From a virus (lineage: Duplodnaviria > Caudoviricetes): a stretch of 54,354 bases of DNA. The number at the start of each line of letters is the position of its first letter. Within the stretch, counting starts at the first letter, position 1. The DNA lies in the IMG/VR virus record IMGVR_UViG_3300045240_000043, positions 1-54,354 of that record; one strand, 5' to 3'. Positions 42,114 through 52,547 of the stretch are shown in pieces. Both the position numbers and the translations under genes were made by a program. Under the pieces are notes generated by a model. That model was not told the origin of the DNA. It made no database searches and saw nothing but the letters and a program-made list of their open reading frames with translations.

Positions 42114-44165
42114 GTGTCGCTCGTTAAGACCGTGTCTGTCCAGGTCAACGGGATCGTCGCTGACGCCACCGCGAAGATCGGCTCCGTCACCGCGCAGGTG
42201 CAAGGGCTGCTGGACCGCTCGCCGGTCGAGGTGAAGGTCGACGCCAAAACGGAGGATGCGCAGCGGAAGCTGGCTGCGCTTGACGTGAACGCGGAGCGGC
42301 TGAAGAAGGCGTTCCCCGAGTTCGCGGTGAAACTCGACACCGGCCTGGCGACGGCGAAGCTGACGGCGCTGCGCGCGGAGATCCGCAAGACCGCGGAGAC
42401 GGGCGGCGGCGCGGGCGCGGCCGGGGGGGCTAGCGGCGGCTTCCTCGGCCTGCTCGGCCCGCTGGGAGCGCTCTTCTCGGGCGGCTCGGGGATCGCGATC
42501 GGCATCGCCGCACTGACCCCGGTCATCGCAGCGCTCGGCACTGTCTCGCTGGCCGCCGGCGCGGGCATCGCCGGGTTCGGGGCGCTCGCCCTGCCGACGT
42601 TCCTGAAGATCTCCACGGCCCTGTCCAAGATCAGCAAGGATCAGCAGGCGGTGACGCAGGCGACGACCCACGGGGCAAAGACGGCCGCGCTCGCAACGCT
42701 GAAAGCCGACTACGCCAGCCTGCCGGCGCCTATCGCCACGGCGGTGAAGGCCGTCCAGGGCCTTGAGACGGCGTTCGGGAAGCTCGCGAAGGCGTTCCAG
42801 CCGGAGGCGCTGAAGATGCTGGGCATCGGCCTGAAGATCGCCGGGGACGCGATGGGGCCGCTGGCGGTGATCGCGAAGACCGCGGCGCCGTTCGTCGACG
42901 CGATCGCGAAGAGCATCGGCGTCACGCTGGTGAAGTCGCTGAAGCTGCTGGAGCCGCAGATCAAGCCCGCGATGGGCGCGTTCGTGCCGCTACTCGGGTC
43001 CATCTCGAAACTGTTCCTGGTGCTGCTGGCGTCCCTGCTGAAGAACATCCCGACCTGGGTGAAGCTCACGAACGCGATCATTGCCCTGATCAACGCGACG
43101 ACGCCGCTGATCCCCTACCTGGTCGATTTCATCGCCGAGATGGGCCGCGTCGAGGTCGTCGTCATCAGGGCCGTCGCGTGGTTCCTTACCCGGCTGCCGA
43201 ACGCGATCAAGGCCACCATCCACTGGATAGCGAACGCCATCGACAAGTTCCGCGAGGTCGTCGTCCAGATCGGGCAGGCGGTCAACGCGATCGGCGCCAG
43301 CATCACCCAGATGGTCCTCGACGTGGGATCCGGCATCGGGAAGGTCGTCTCGTTCTTCACCCACCTGCCGGGCCGGATCGCATCCGCGCTGTCCGGGCTC
43401 GGCACGCTGCTGTACAACATCGGCAAGCACGCCGTCCAGATGATCATTAACGGGATGCTGTCGCTGTGGCACAAGCTGACGGGCCTGTTTGACCGCATCA
43501 AGGGCTTCCTCGGGTTCGGCGGCGGCGGCGGGGGCGTGCCGGGCGGGAAGCTGCCGAACGTCAACGTGGGGCTCGGTTCCGGTTCCGCGAACGCCAGCCT
43601 CGCCCGGCAGATGATGCCGTCGTGGGGCACGGGCGCGAACTGGGCCGCGTGGAACTACGTCGGGCAGCGCGAGTCCGGGTGGAACTCCACCATCCAGAAC
43701 GCGGCGTCCGGCGCGCTGGGCATCGCCCAGGCCCTCGGCCACGGCGTGGCGGGCGGCGGCGGCTCGCTCGGCAACGAGTACGGCGGCTACGGGCTGTCGA
43801 CGGCCGGCGACCGGCTGGCCAACTCCGGCGTCCCGCAACCGCAGATCTCGTGGATGGTCAACTACATCCGCAGCAAGTACGGCGGCCCGCAGCAGGCCGC
43901 CGCGCATGAGCGGGCGTTCAACTGGTACGACCGCGGCGGCTTCATCCCCACGGGCGCGTCGGTGGCCATCAACAACACCGGCGCCCCAGAGCGGGTGCTG
44001 TCCGGTTCGCAGGAGATGGCCATCGTGTCGCTGCTGCGTGACATCCGGGACATCCTGCGGCAGTCCCCGTCAGCGACGGGCACGGCGATGGCCCGCGGAC
44101 TGCAGGGCACCGCCCGCCGCGCCGGTGCACGCGGCATGTACTCGGCACGCGGGCCGTGGGCCTGA
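42114..44165 (+). CDS. Tape measure protein with C-terminal transglycosylase-like domain
   Basis: Ala/Gly/Leu helical repeats; RESGWN...SGALGIAQAL...YIRSKYG...NWYDRGG. Confidence 0.9.
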   Translation: MSLVKTVSVQVNGIVADATAKIGSVTAQVQGLLDRSPVEVKVDAKTEDAQRKLAALDVNAERLKKAFPEFAVKLDTGLATAKLTALRAEIRKTAETGGGAGAAGGASGGFLGLLGPLGALFSGGSGIAIGIAALTPVIAALGTVSLAAGAGIAGFGALALPTFLKISTALSKISKDQQAVTQATTHGAKTAALATLKADYASLPAPIATAVKAVQGLETAFGKLAKAFQPEALKMLGIGLKIAGDAMGPLAVIAKTAAPFVDAIAKSIGVTLVKSLKLLEPQIKPAMGAFVPLLGSISKLFLVLLASLLKNIPTWVKLTNAIIALINATTPLIPYLVDFIAEMGRVEVVVIRAVAWFLTRLPNAIKATIHWIANAIDKFREVVVQIGQAVNAIGASITQMVLDVGSGIGKVVSFFTHLPGRIASALSGLGTLLYNIGKHAVQMIINGMLSLWHKLTGLFDRIKGFLGFGGGGGGVPGGKLPNVNVGLGSGSANASLARQMMPSWGTGANWAAWNYVGQRESGWNSTIQNAASGALGIAQALGHGVAGGGGSLGNEYGGYGLSTAGDRLANSGVPQPQISWMVNYIRSKYGGPQQAAAHERAFNWYDRGGFIPTGASVAINNTGAPERVLSGSQEMAIVSLLRDIRDILRQSPSATGTAMARGLQGTARRAGARGMYSARGPWA

Positions 44166-44896
44166 TGGCGTCCGACAGCGGGAGGGTCGCGCCAGATCTC
44201 GCGTCGCACGATCTTCGATACGACTGGCTGACTGATGCCGAACTCACGCGCAAGCGGTCGCTGCTGTTCGCCAGCCGCCGCACGACGCCGGATCTCGCCG
44301 ACGTCTGCCCAGGTGACCTTCGCGGCCCAGTGCCGTTCACCGGCCACCCAGGTACGCGGGCGCACTTCCGTGCCATCTGCGAGATGAGCCCACTTCTTCC
44401 CGTTGACGGCTTCGCAGATCGCAGACTGCGTTACGCCGTATTCGCGTGCGAGCGCGGTCTGAGTCTCGCCATCTGCGTACCGCCGCTTGCAATCCGCGAC
44501 GATCTCGGCTGTCAGCTTCGCCGACCCGCATCGCTCACCACGAGGGGCAGTACCGTCCCGCACCATGTCGGCCATGTTCTGCAGCCGCGTGCCGTAACTC
44601 AGGTTGACGAGCCGGTTATCCATTGCCCGGCCAGGTCCGTGCAAAGACTCCATGCCCGGCGGACACGGACCAACGAAAGCCTCCAGCACGAGCTGATGCA
44701 CGAGACGGCTCTTGGCTTTCCGCTCCCGGTAAAGAGCAACGGTCAGGTGCCCGGCGCTCAGGCCAGGAGCCAGTACGCCGCCTCGTTTGCCGCTCCCGCG
44801 ACCAGCGTGGAAACTGCGCACGCGGCCGAGATCACTGACCTCGTACAAGCCTTCATAGCCCGCGATAGGAAGCCATCGCTCAGTAGGGTCATCCAT
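43862..44896 (-). CDS. NUMOD4/HNH endonuclease with two HTH repeats
   Basis: MDDPTERWLPIAGYEGLYEVSDLGRVRS...VHQLVLEAF...DNRLVNL; GGAGG RBS; 3' end overlaps the tape measure gene. Confidence 0.85.
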   Translation of the reverse strand: MDDPTERWLPIAGYEGLYEVSDLGRVRSFHAGRGSGKRGGVLAPGLSAGHLTVALYRERKAKSRLVHQLVLEAFVGPCPPGMESLHGPGRAMDNRLVNLSYGTRLQNMADMVRDGTAPRGERCGSAKLTAEIVADCKRRYADGETQTALAREYGVTQSAICEAVNGKKWAHLADGTEVRPRTWVAGERHWAAKVTWADVGEIRRRAAAGEQQRPLAREFGISQPVVSKIVRREIWRDPPAVGRHQAHGPRAEYMPRAPARRAVPCSPRAIAVPVADGDCRRMSRMSRSSDTMAISCEPDSTRSGAPVLLMATDAPVGMKPPRSYQLNARSCAAACCGPPYLLRM

Positions 44897-44983
44897 AGCC
44901 ACACCTCCAATGTGGTCAGGCCCGGCTGTTGCGTTGACGCGCATAGCCGGGCCGCTTTCCATTTTACCGGGGGGTCGCGCTAA

Positions 44984-47900
44984 ATGTCGGCGGACTCTTT
45001 GGTGGTGGCAGGACAAATCGAGCTGCTGGGCGGTCCCGGCGGCGTCCAGAACACGAACCCGCTGTGCGTCAACGCCGCCGGTGTCGGCGCGATCTTCCGG
45101 CTGCAGCCCGGCTACGACCTGGGCGCGGCGCAGCCCACCACCGACTTCATCGGCTCCCTCGCGCTGGACGGGGAGCGGCCGTTCGGGCGCCGCGCATCCG
45201 ACCGCACCATCACGCTGCCGATCCAGATCGTGGCCCCGGATTTCACGACGCAGGCGGGGGCGCTGGAGCTGCTGTCGCAGGCGATCGATCAGCAGACGTG
45301 GACGCTGACGTGGACGCGTGACCCGTCGCAGGCGTCCGCGGGCGGCCTGGGCGTCGCGCTGCCGCTGGTGCTGGACTGCTTCCGCGCGCAGGCGTCGGCG
45401 CTCACGTACGGCGGCGTCGACCAGACCCTCGGGCTTCCCATCGGCGCGATCACGATCACGTTCCAGGCCCTCCCCTACGGGCATTCCGATCAGCCGGTGT
45501 CGATCGCGGTCGCGTCCCCTCTGCCGGGCGGCGTGACACCCCCGGCACCTATCGTCCTCGACACCTTCTCGTCGGTGTCGGGGACGAATTTCTCGCAGGA
45601 CACGCAGCACATCGTCGGTCCGCATTCGGCGAAGTGGTCGCAGTCGGGGCCGACGAACGCGCCGAACTACCAGGCGAGTTTCGCGGCGACGGACCTGTCG
45701 GCCATGAGCGTGCTGTCGGTGTGGGTCGGGGTGGGGGCGAATTTCCCGGCGACGTTCATGAATCCGTGCACGGTGCAGTTCATCCTGGGTGACAACGCGG
45801 GGAAGCTGCTGTCGTTCTCCGTGTCGCGGCACCTGACCCCGAGCGGGAACGCGTCGGTGCCGAACTGGCAGCTCATCAGCGCGGCGATCCCGCAGGGCCG
45901 CGCCTTCAGCTACACGCACGTCATCAGCTACTTCGTCTCGGTGTTCAACACGCCGAACGACGGCTTCGGGTACAACACGTGGTACGACCACGTGGCCGCG
46001 AACCCGCCGTCGGTGCAGACGGCGACCACCCGCGGTGCGGTGTACAACATCCTGGGCGTCGCGGGGACCGCGCGGGCGCCGCTGTCGCTGCAGGCACAGC
46101 AGCCGGGGATCACCAAGACGGTCACGCTCAACACGCCGGGGCCGTTCCAGTGGACCGCGCCGGCCGGGCTGACGGGCGGCACGGCGTCGGTGACCGCGGT
46201 CGGCGGCGGCGGCGCGGGCGCTTCGCTGGTGCTGGCCGGGGAGGGCGGCGGCGGGTCCGGCGCCGAGGTCGCGCAGGAGCCGCTGCTGGGCCTCACGCCG
46301 GGCACCGTGTACAGCGGTGTCATCGGCGCCGGGGGGACCCCGCAGACGGGGATCTCGACGCTGGCGATCACGACGACGGGGCTGCCGACGGCGACCGTGT
46401 CCAGCGTGTACTCGGCGACGCTGACGGCCACCGGCGGCACCCCGGCCTACACGTGGTCGCACACGACGGGCGTCATCCCGACCGGGCTGTCGCTGAGCTC
46501 GGGCGGCGTTATCTCCGGGACGCCCAGCGGGTCGGCGGTGTCGCCGTCGCTGGGGTTCACCGTCACCGACAGCCTGGGCGCGACCGCGACCGTCGTGCTG
46601 GTGCTGCGCGTGGTGGTCGCGGCGACGTTCGCGATCACGACCACCACGGCGCCGGCCGGGAATGTCGGCGGCCGGTACTCCCTGACGATGACCACGAACG
46701 GCGTCGGCACCGCGCCGCTCACCTGGTCGATCTCGGCCGGGACGCTGCCGCCGGGGCTGACGCTCGGCACCAGCTCCGGGATCATCTCCGGGATCCCCAC
46801 GGCGGCGGGCAACTCGACGTTCACGGTCATGGTCGCCGACTCGTCCGGCACCGTCAAGACCGACACCCAGGCCCTGACCATCGTCATCACGGCCGTGTCC
46901 ACGTCGACGCTGCCGATCTTCGGGATCAACTCCGGGGCCGCGTGGCCGCCCGCATCGTACGACGACGTGTACACGGCGATGCAGATCGGCGGCCAGGCTG
47001 TCTGCTTCCGGTTCCAGGGCGGTAAGGGCTCCGGCCCGGGCGGGTTCCCGAACAAGTGGAACGACCCGGGCTCGCGGGGCGCGAAGATCCCGGCGAACGC
47101 CACGGTGGTGCTGGGTGACTGGGAGCAGTTCGACATCCCGGGGCTGCTGGCGGGGAACTACGACGCCGGGATCAAGACGTTCGCGCTGTCCTGCCAGGCG
47201 CAGTGGAACAAGAACCCCGGGTCGATCATCATCTCGATGTGGCATGAGGCCGATCACCTATCCGCCGGGAACCCGACCCCGGCGCAGGTCCGCGGGCTGC
47301 ACGCCTACTTCTACCCGCGGTTCAAGCAGTGGGCGCCGTCGGTGCCGTACGGGCAGACGTTCTCCCGGGACGCGGTGGTCGCGAACCCGTCCGGGTGGGT
47401 GTCGTGCAAGAAGACGATCGCCGGCGGGTCGGACCTTGACTATTACGGCGTCGACGGCTATGCGCACGGGCGGACGGCGGCGGCGGTGTTCAACCCGGCG
47501 TTCGCGGCGATCCGCTCCCAGGTCCCGAACGCGGTACTCGCCATCCCGGAGCTGAACTGCGAGGTGCAGGGCGCGACGCGGGTGCAGTGGTTCAACGACG
47601 CGTGGGCGATCGCGATCGGCGCCCAGTACGGGCCGCTGCTGCTGTTCCAGCCGTTCTGGATGGGCGAGTCGAACGGGCAGGTGATCTGCTGGCTGCCCGG
47701 CGACACGAACACGATTAACGCGCTGCGGTCGATCGTGAACCAGGCGGCGCCGGCGGGGTCGGTGCAGATCGGCGGCGACCCTCCCGCCGTCAACGGCGGC
47801 ACCACCAGCTTCACCGGCGACTCGGTGACCGTCACCGCCGCCGGGGGCCTGTCGGCGACGTCGATCACCGGCGCCGCGACGAACGCGGTGTCGACGAACA

Positions 47901-50308
47901 GTGTCCACTTCACCGGCGGCGCGGGCGCGACGGGCGCGACGGGCGCGGGCGGTTCCCCCGGCACCCCGTACACGATCGCGACGTTCGCCGGTAACGGGGT
48001 CCTGGCCGCGGGCGGCGTCGTGTCCGTCGCGGTGGCCACGTCCACGACCGCCGGGGACGCGATCGCGGTGATCGCGGGCAGCAACAAGGGCGACATCTCC
48101 GGGGTCACCGACAGCCAGGGGAACCTGTACCACCCCGCGGTGGACGCCAACAACGCCGCGGCGCTCACCGGCGTGATCTGGGTCGCGGTCACCGCGGCGA
48201 ACGGCACGAGCCCGACGGTGAAGCTGACGTCCGGCTCCGATCACGTGACCGTCACCTACGCGTCCGCGCTCGCGTCCCAGGCGATCGTCATCCGGGGCTG
48301 CTCTGGCGTGTCCACAACGGTCCCGTTCGACGTCTCCCTCGGCAACTCGGGCGCGTCCGCCGCGCCGTCATCCGGCAGTACCGGCGTCCTGAACCAGCCG
48401 TCGGAATGGGCGATCGCCGCGCTGGTCAGCAGCCAGCCCGGCGGGTCGCCCACCACGTGGACCGGCGGCTACACGGCGATCACCACGCAGCGCGCCGGCG
48501 CCGCAGGCGGTCCCGTGGTCCGCGCCGGATCGGCGTCGTTCAACTCCGGGTCCGCCGGGTCACCAACGACGCTGACCGGGATCGTGGTCCCCTCGGGTGC
48601 GGTGGCCGGGGACTGGATCGTCATCTGGGCGGCGTGGCCGCACGCCGGGTTCACCATGACGCCGCCGTCCGGGTTCACCTCCCAGACGGTCACCGTCGGC
48701 AGCTCCGGGAACCAGCAGCTTTTCACCCGCGTCATGGACGGCACCGAGGGATGGACGCCGGGCACGACCACGCTGACGCTGACCTGCTCGTCCGGGAACC
48801 CGATCGCCGCGTCGATCGTCGCCGTCGGGAACACGTCCGGTCCTGACCCGCAGCTCGCCGGATCCGGGAACATCCAGACCAGCGCGACGATCACCGTCAA
48901 CGGGATCACGCCGCTGAACGACGGCGACCTGATCCTGTGGTGCGCCCAGTCCCTCGGCGCGCTCACCGCCGGCACCGCGGCGGGCACCATCACCAAGCCC
49001 GCGTCGGTGACGGTGCGCGCCACCCAGTCCAGCACCACGAACGCCACCTCGGCCACGAACGTCGGCACCCTCATCGGCAGCTTCGTCCAGACCGGCCATG
49101 CGGCGACCGGGAACGTGAACGGCACCGACTCGTCGTCGTTCCTCAACGGCGGCGTCATGCTCGCGTTCGCCCCGGCGCAGTACCTGACCGTCGCCGAGGA
49201 CGTCGTGGCCGCCACCACGGCGCTGACCGCCGGGGCCACCATCACGTCCTCCGGGTGGGTGATGGCGGTCGCCACCCTCCAGTTCCAGGGCACCGGGTCG
49301 GCGTTCGGCGGCGGCGGCGGCTCCTCAGCCGGGACCACCGGCGCGGGCGCGGCCGGGGTACTGGCCGTCGGCGGCACCGCGCCGGACATCGGCGGCGACG
49401 GCGGCACCGGGTCCACGATGGTCGGAGCGGCGCCCGTCGCCGGGCAGGCCCCCGGCGGCGCAGGCGGCGGCGCCGCGTCGGGCGGCGCGGCCGTGCAGGG
49501 CGCCCCCGGCGCGAACGGCGCCGTCATCATCTCCCGCACCACCGGGCAGGAGAACTTCTCCACCCTCATCGTCCACGTGCCCTCCCCGGACGCCCCGGCG
49601 AACCTGTCGCCCCTCGTCACGTTCGGCGCCACCCCCGTCGCCGCCGACGGCAACGTCGAGTACCCCGTCCCGGCGCTGGTGTCCGGCGTCAACGCGGGCT
49701 TCCAGGGCACCTACACGATCGTCGCCGTCGCCGGGACCACCGCCGCGAACCCGTGGAACCAGCCCGGCGTCCCCCGCACCCTCACCGTCTCCGTCCGGCA
49801 GTACGAGTACCCCGGCGGCCCGCACGCCACCGCGAACGTGTCCCGCACCTTCACCCCCGGCGACGACGACCCGTCCGGGCAGGGCATCCTGCCCGTCGGC
49901 GAAGTCACGCTGCCCATCAGGGACATCGACCCGGGGAACACGTCCGCCTACTACACGATCATGATCTTCGAGAACGCGTCCGGGGTCACGCCGCCGTCGG
50001 ACCTGTACCTCGACGTGCTCTTCCTGGATACCCAGGGCCAGACGGTCATCGTCTCCGACGTGGTGGACAACGCCTACCAGACCTATTACATCGACGCCCC
50101 CGCATCGAACCGGGACCTCGGCCGGATCATGGGCACCAACCTGGACCGCACCCAGGCCGTATCCGTCATGGACCAGTGCGTCGCGATCTCCGGCGGCCCG
50201 CTCACGTTGTACCCGGGCGACAATGTGATCATGGTTTACGCCTGTGAAGGATGTCCGCAGATCGGGGTCACGTACTATCCTTCATGGTATCTCGAACGTA
50301 TTAGCTAA
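44984..50308 (+). CDS. Large tail protein: Dit-like termini, Gly-rich segments, two Ig-like repeats, GH26-like domain
   Basis: RTITLPI; LPTATV...GLSLSSGGVISGTP and LPPGLTL...GIISGIP; SMWHEAD...GVDGY...IPELN. Confidence 0.85.
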   Translation: MSADSLVVAGQIELLGGPGGVQNTNPLCVNAAGVGAIFRLQPGYDLGAAQPTTDFIGSLALDGERPFGRRASDRTITLPIQIVAPDFTTQAGALELLSQAIDQQTWTLTWTRDPSQASAGGLGVALPLVLDCFRAQASALTYGGVDQTLGLPIGAITITFQALPYGHSDQPVSIAVASPLPGGVTPPAPIVLDTFSSVSGTNFSQDTQHIVGPHSAKWSQSGPTNAPNYQASFAATDLSAMSVLSVWVGVGANFPATFMNPCTVQFILGDNAGKLLSFSVSRHLTPSGNASVPNWQLISAAIPQGRAFSYTHVISYFVSVFNTPNDGFGYNTWYDHVAANPPSVQTATTRGAVYNILGVAGTARAPLSLQAQQPGITKTVTLNTPGPFQWTAPAGLTGGTASVTAVGGGGAGASLVLAGEGGGGSGAEVAQEPLLGLTPGTVYSGVIGAGGTPQTGISTLAITTTGLPTATVSSVYSATLTATGGTPAYTWSHTTGVIPTGLSLSSGGVISGTPSGSAVSPSLGFTVTDSLGATATVVLVLRVVVAATFAITTTTAPAGNVGGRYSLTMTTNGVGTAPLTWSISAGTLPPGLTLGTSSGIISGIPTAAGNSTFTVMVADSSGTVKTDTQALTIVITAVSTSTLPIFGINSGAAWPPASYDDVYTAMQIGGQAVCFRFQGGKGSGPGGFPNKWNDPGSRGAKIPANATVVLGDWEQFDIPGLLAGNYDAGIKTFALSCQAQWNKNPGSIIISMWHEADHLSAGNPTPAQVRGLHAYFYPRFKQWAPSVPYGQTFSRDAVVANPSGWVSCKKTIAGGSDLDYYGVDGYAHGRTAAAVFNPAFAAIRSQVPNAVLAIPELNCEVQGATRVQWFNDAWAIAIGAQYGPLLLFQPFWMGESNGQVICWLPGDTNTINALRSIVNQAAPAGSVQIGGDPPAVNGGTTSFTGDSVTVTAAGGLSATSITGAATNAVSTNSVHFTGGAGATGATGAGGSPGTPYTIATFAGNGVLAAGGVVSVAVATSTTAGDAIAVIAGSNKGDISGVTDSQGNLYHPAVDANNAAALTGVIWVAVTAANGTSPTVKLTSGSDHVTVTYASALASQAIVIRGCSGVSTTVPFDVSLGNSGASAAPSSGSTGVLNQPSEWAIAALVSSQPGGSPTTWTGGYTAITTQRAGAAGGPVVRAGSASFNSGSAGSPTTLTGIVVPSGAVAGDWIVIWAAWPHAGFTMTPPSGFTSQTVTVGSSGNQQLFTRVMDGTEGWTPGTTTLTLTCSSGNPIAASIVAVGNTSGPDPQLAGSGNIQTSATITVNGITPLNDGDLILWCAQSLGALTAGTAAGTITKPASVTVRATQSSTTNATSATNVGTLIGSFVQTGHAATGNVNGTDSSSFLNGGVMLAFAPAQYLTVAEDVVAATTALTAGATITSSGWVMAVATLQFQGTGSAFGGGGGSSAGTTGAGAAGVLAVGGTAPDIGGDGGTGSTMVGAAPVAGQAPGGAGGGAASGGAAVQGAPGANGAVIISRTTGQENFSTLIVHVPSPDAPANLSPLVTFGATPVAADGNVEYPVPALVSGVNAGFQGTYTIVAVAGTTAANPWNQPGVPRTLTVSVRQYEYPGGPHATANVSRTFTPGDDDPSGQGILPVGEVTLPIRDIDPGNTSAYYTIMIFENASGVTPPSDLYLDVLFLDTQGQTVIVSDVVDNAYQTYYIDAPASNRDLGRIMGTNLDRTQAVSVMDQCVAISGGPLTLYPGDNVIMVYACEGCPQIGVTYYPSWYLERIS

Positions 50309-50848
50309 TTAAATGTGTGACCAGGCCTTACGGTTGACTATCAAGCTGACGTTCTGGAAGCTCACGCCGTGTCGCCGCGCTATGGCTTCCAGCCGTTCGC
50401 CGTCGGCTCGCCTGCGGCGAATATCCAGAACGCCATCGGCTGTCAACTTGGCCAGCCCATGGCGTTCGCCCCGGTTACTGCTGCCGTCGCGGATCTTGTC
50501 GGCCATGTTCTCGCGGCGCGTGCCGTAGCAAAGCTGGCTCGCGCGGTTGTCCAGCTTGCCATTGGGACCGTGGCGACCTTCCTGGCCTTCGGGGCACGCT
50601 CCCGTAAACGCCGCAAGGACGAGGCGGTGAACAAGATGAGGCTCCTGGCTGCCGCGCCGCGAGAGGTAGACGACTGCATAGCCGCTCGCGTTAATCCACG
50701 GTTTAAGGATCTTGCCCTGGAAGGTCTTGACCTTGCCATCGGATCGGGTGATGGTCCGCAGCACGGAGCGCACGCGCCCTATGTCGCTGACTTCATAGAG
50801 GCCGACGTAGCCGGTGATGGGTAGCCAGCGCTCAGTAGGGTCATCCAT
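50309..50848 (-). CDS. NUMOD4/HNH endonuclease
   Basis: MDDPTERWLPITGYVGLYEVSDIGRVRS...VHRLVLAAF...; paralog of 43862-44896. Confidence 0.9.
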   Translation of the reverse strand: MDDPTERWLPITGYVGLYEVSDIGRVRSVLRTITRSDGKVKTFQGKILKPWINASGYAVVYLSRRGSQEPHLVHRLVLAAFTGACPEGQEGRHGPNGKLDNRASQLCYGTRRENMADKIRDGSSNRGERHGLAKLTADGVLDIRRRRADGERLEAIARRHGVSFQNVSLIVNRKAWSHI

Positions 50849-50951
50849 AGCCGCCTCCTGGTTTGGCGGTCAGGGTCCGGCAGCGGTGTTGACGCACCAA
50901 TCCGGACCCGCTTCATGTACCCCTTGATTCTATCGCGCGGGAGGATGGTGG

Positions 50952-51377
50952 GTGATGGCCAGCGAGAAGGCGTACGCCGCCATCCAGGCCATCCAGGCGA
51001 TGCAGCCCGGGCCGTGGACGGCGTTCAACCCCCTGGCCACCGGATGGTCGGTGCTGCCGCCGTTCACCGGCGCGTGGGCCAGGTTCGAGCCGCTCACCAA
51101 CATGGTGCGGATCTCCGCCAGCATGGCCAGCAACGGCGCGCACGCATCAGACGCCTACCAGATAGCGGTGCTGCCCGGCGCCGACGCGAACGGGAACGGG
51201 CTCCTGCCGCAGCAGGTCATGATCGTGGACTGCACCACTGACGTGCTCCAGACGGGCGCGACGCCCCGTTCCCCGGCGCTGCACATTCAGGCGAGCGGCG
51301 CGATCCTGATCTACGGTGTCGCGGCGGCGTCCACCCGGCTGGACTGCTGCGGCTCATTTTCGCTGGACCAGATGTAG
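50952..51377 (+). CDS. Tail-associated hypothetical protein
   Basis: GGAGG RBS; lies between tail genes. Confidence 0.65.
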   Translation: MMASEKAYAAIQAIQAMQPGPWTAFNPLATGWSVLPPFTGAWARFEPLTNMVRISASMASNGAHASDAYQIAVLPGADANGNGLLPQQVMIVDCTTDVLQTGATPRSPALHIQASGAILIYGVAAASTRLDCCGSFSLDQM

Positions 51378-51383
51378 GTCCCG

Positions 51384-52547
51384 GTGCCGACCCGCAGCGT
51401 CAGCCAGGTCATGACCTGCAACCTCGACGGCTCCCAGCCGATCTGGCTCGGCACCCTCGGCATGATGTCCGGGCTCGTCTACAGTTTCGCGTGCCCCGGC
51501 GGCTGCGACCAGATGTCCGCGACCCTGTCCGTGCCCGCGTCGTTCAAGTCCGCCGCGATCCAGGCCGGACGGCTCGCGTTCGTGTACCGCGGCGGCCAGG
51601 TCGCCTGGAACGGGCAGCTCCTCGAACCCGAGCCGACACCGGGCGGCTGGTCGCTGACCGCGGTCGGGTCGGGGAACTTCGGCACCAACTACGCCGCGAT
51701 CTATCAGACGTGGAACAACAACCCCGACGAGTCCGTGAACAACGCGATCAACCGGGGCCTGCCGTGGACCAACCCGGGCATCGGGTCGCCGTCCGGCATG
51801 TGGCTGGGGCAGCGCGTGGACCCGGGCGCGCAGACGATCACTGATTTGCTGAACCTGGTCTGCACCCGCGGCGGCCTGGTGTGGCTGGTGTCGCGGCGCA
51901 ACGAGCTGACCGTCGTCCCGCTGCCCACGACGGTCAACCGGCTGCTGGTCTCCAACACGCCGGTGGCCAGGACGCTGGGGGGCTATGTCAACACGATCTG
52001 GATCCGGTACCAGGCGCTCACCCCGCAGGGATTCGGGAACCCGGTCAAGAACAACACCGAGTTCCTGACCACGTCCGTCGTCAACCAGGCCAGCATCGAC
52101 ACCCACGGCCCCCTGGAAACGTTCCTCGACCTGTCCTCCGCCGGGATCCCGCTGCTGCCAGCGGCCGTGTTCGGGAACATCTCGGTGCTGACCGAGGCGC
52201 AGGCGCAGGCTGTCGGGAACTTCGTGCTGGAGCGGTACCAGGGCGCGTCGTTCGCGGGGCCGTTCACCTTCGGGCCGGGGCAGCTGATGACGACCGGGGG
52301 CACGCCGGTGGACCTGGGCATGCAGCGCGCCGGGCTCGTGTCGCAGCTGATCCTGACCGACTACGGGTACGGCGGCGAGGTCAACAACACGCCCGTCACG
52401 TTCCTCTGGGGTGCCTACCAGTACGACGATGACGCGCAGGTGGGGACGGCGACGCCGTTCGCCAACCTGTTCTCCGACATCACGTCGCTGCTGGCGGTCG
52501 CGGCCGGGCAGCGGGGGCGCGGGATCGGCGACTGGCAGCGCCGGTGA
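51384..52547 (+). CDS. Minor tail (baseplate hub-like) protein
   Basis: PGGC, VYRGGQVAWNGQL, SIDTHGPLE; position. Confidence 0.75.
   Translation: MPTRSVSQVMTCNLDGSQPIWLGTLGMMSGLVYSFACPGGCDQMSATLSVPASFKSAAIQAGRLAFVYRGGQVAWNGQLLEPEPTPGGWSLTAVGSGNFGTNYAAIYQTWNNNPDESVNNAINRGLPWTNPGIGSPSGMWLGQRVDPGAQTITDLLNLVCTRGGLVWLVSRRNELTVVPLPTTVNRLLVSNTPVARTLGGYVNTIWIRYQALTPQGFGNPVKNNTEFLTTSVVNQASIDTHGPLETFLDLSSAGIPLLPAAVFGNISVLTEAQAQAVGNFVLERYQGASFAGPFTFGPGQLMTTGGTPVDLGMQRAGLVSQLILTDYGYGGEVNNTPVTFLWGAYQYDDDAQVGTATPFANLFSDITSLLAVAAGQRGRGIGDWQRR

Noticed and set aside
44897-47257. 1131-aa minus-strand ORF as one protein
   Set aside because: The part upstream of 44896 is the antisense shadow of the tail gene; the HNH has its own promoter, RBS and ATG at 44896.
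44984-52547. Diversity-generating retroelement acting on tail genes
   Set aside because: No reverse transcriptase gene and no template/variable repeat pair seen.
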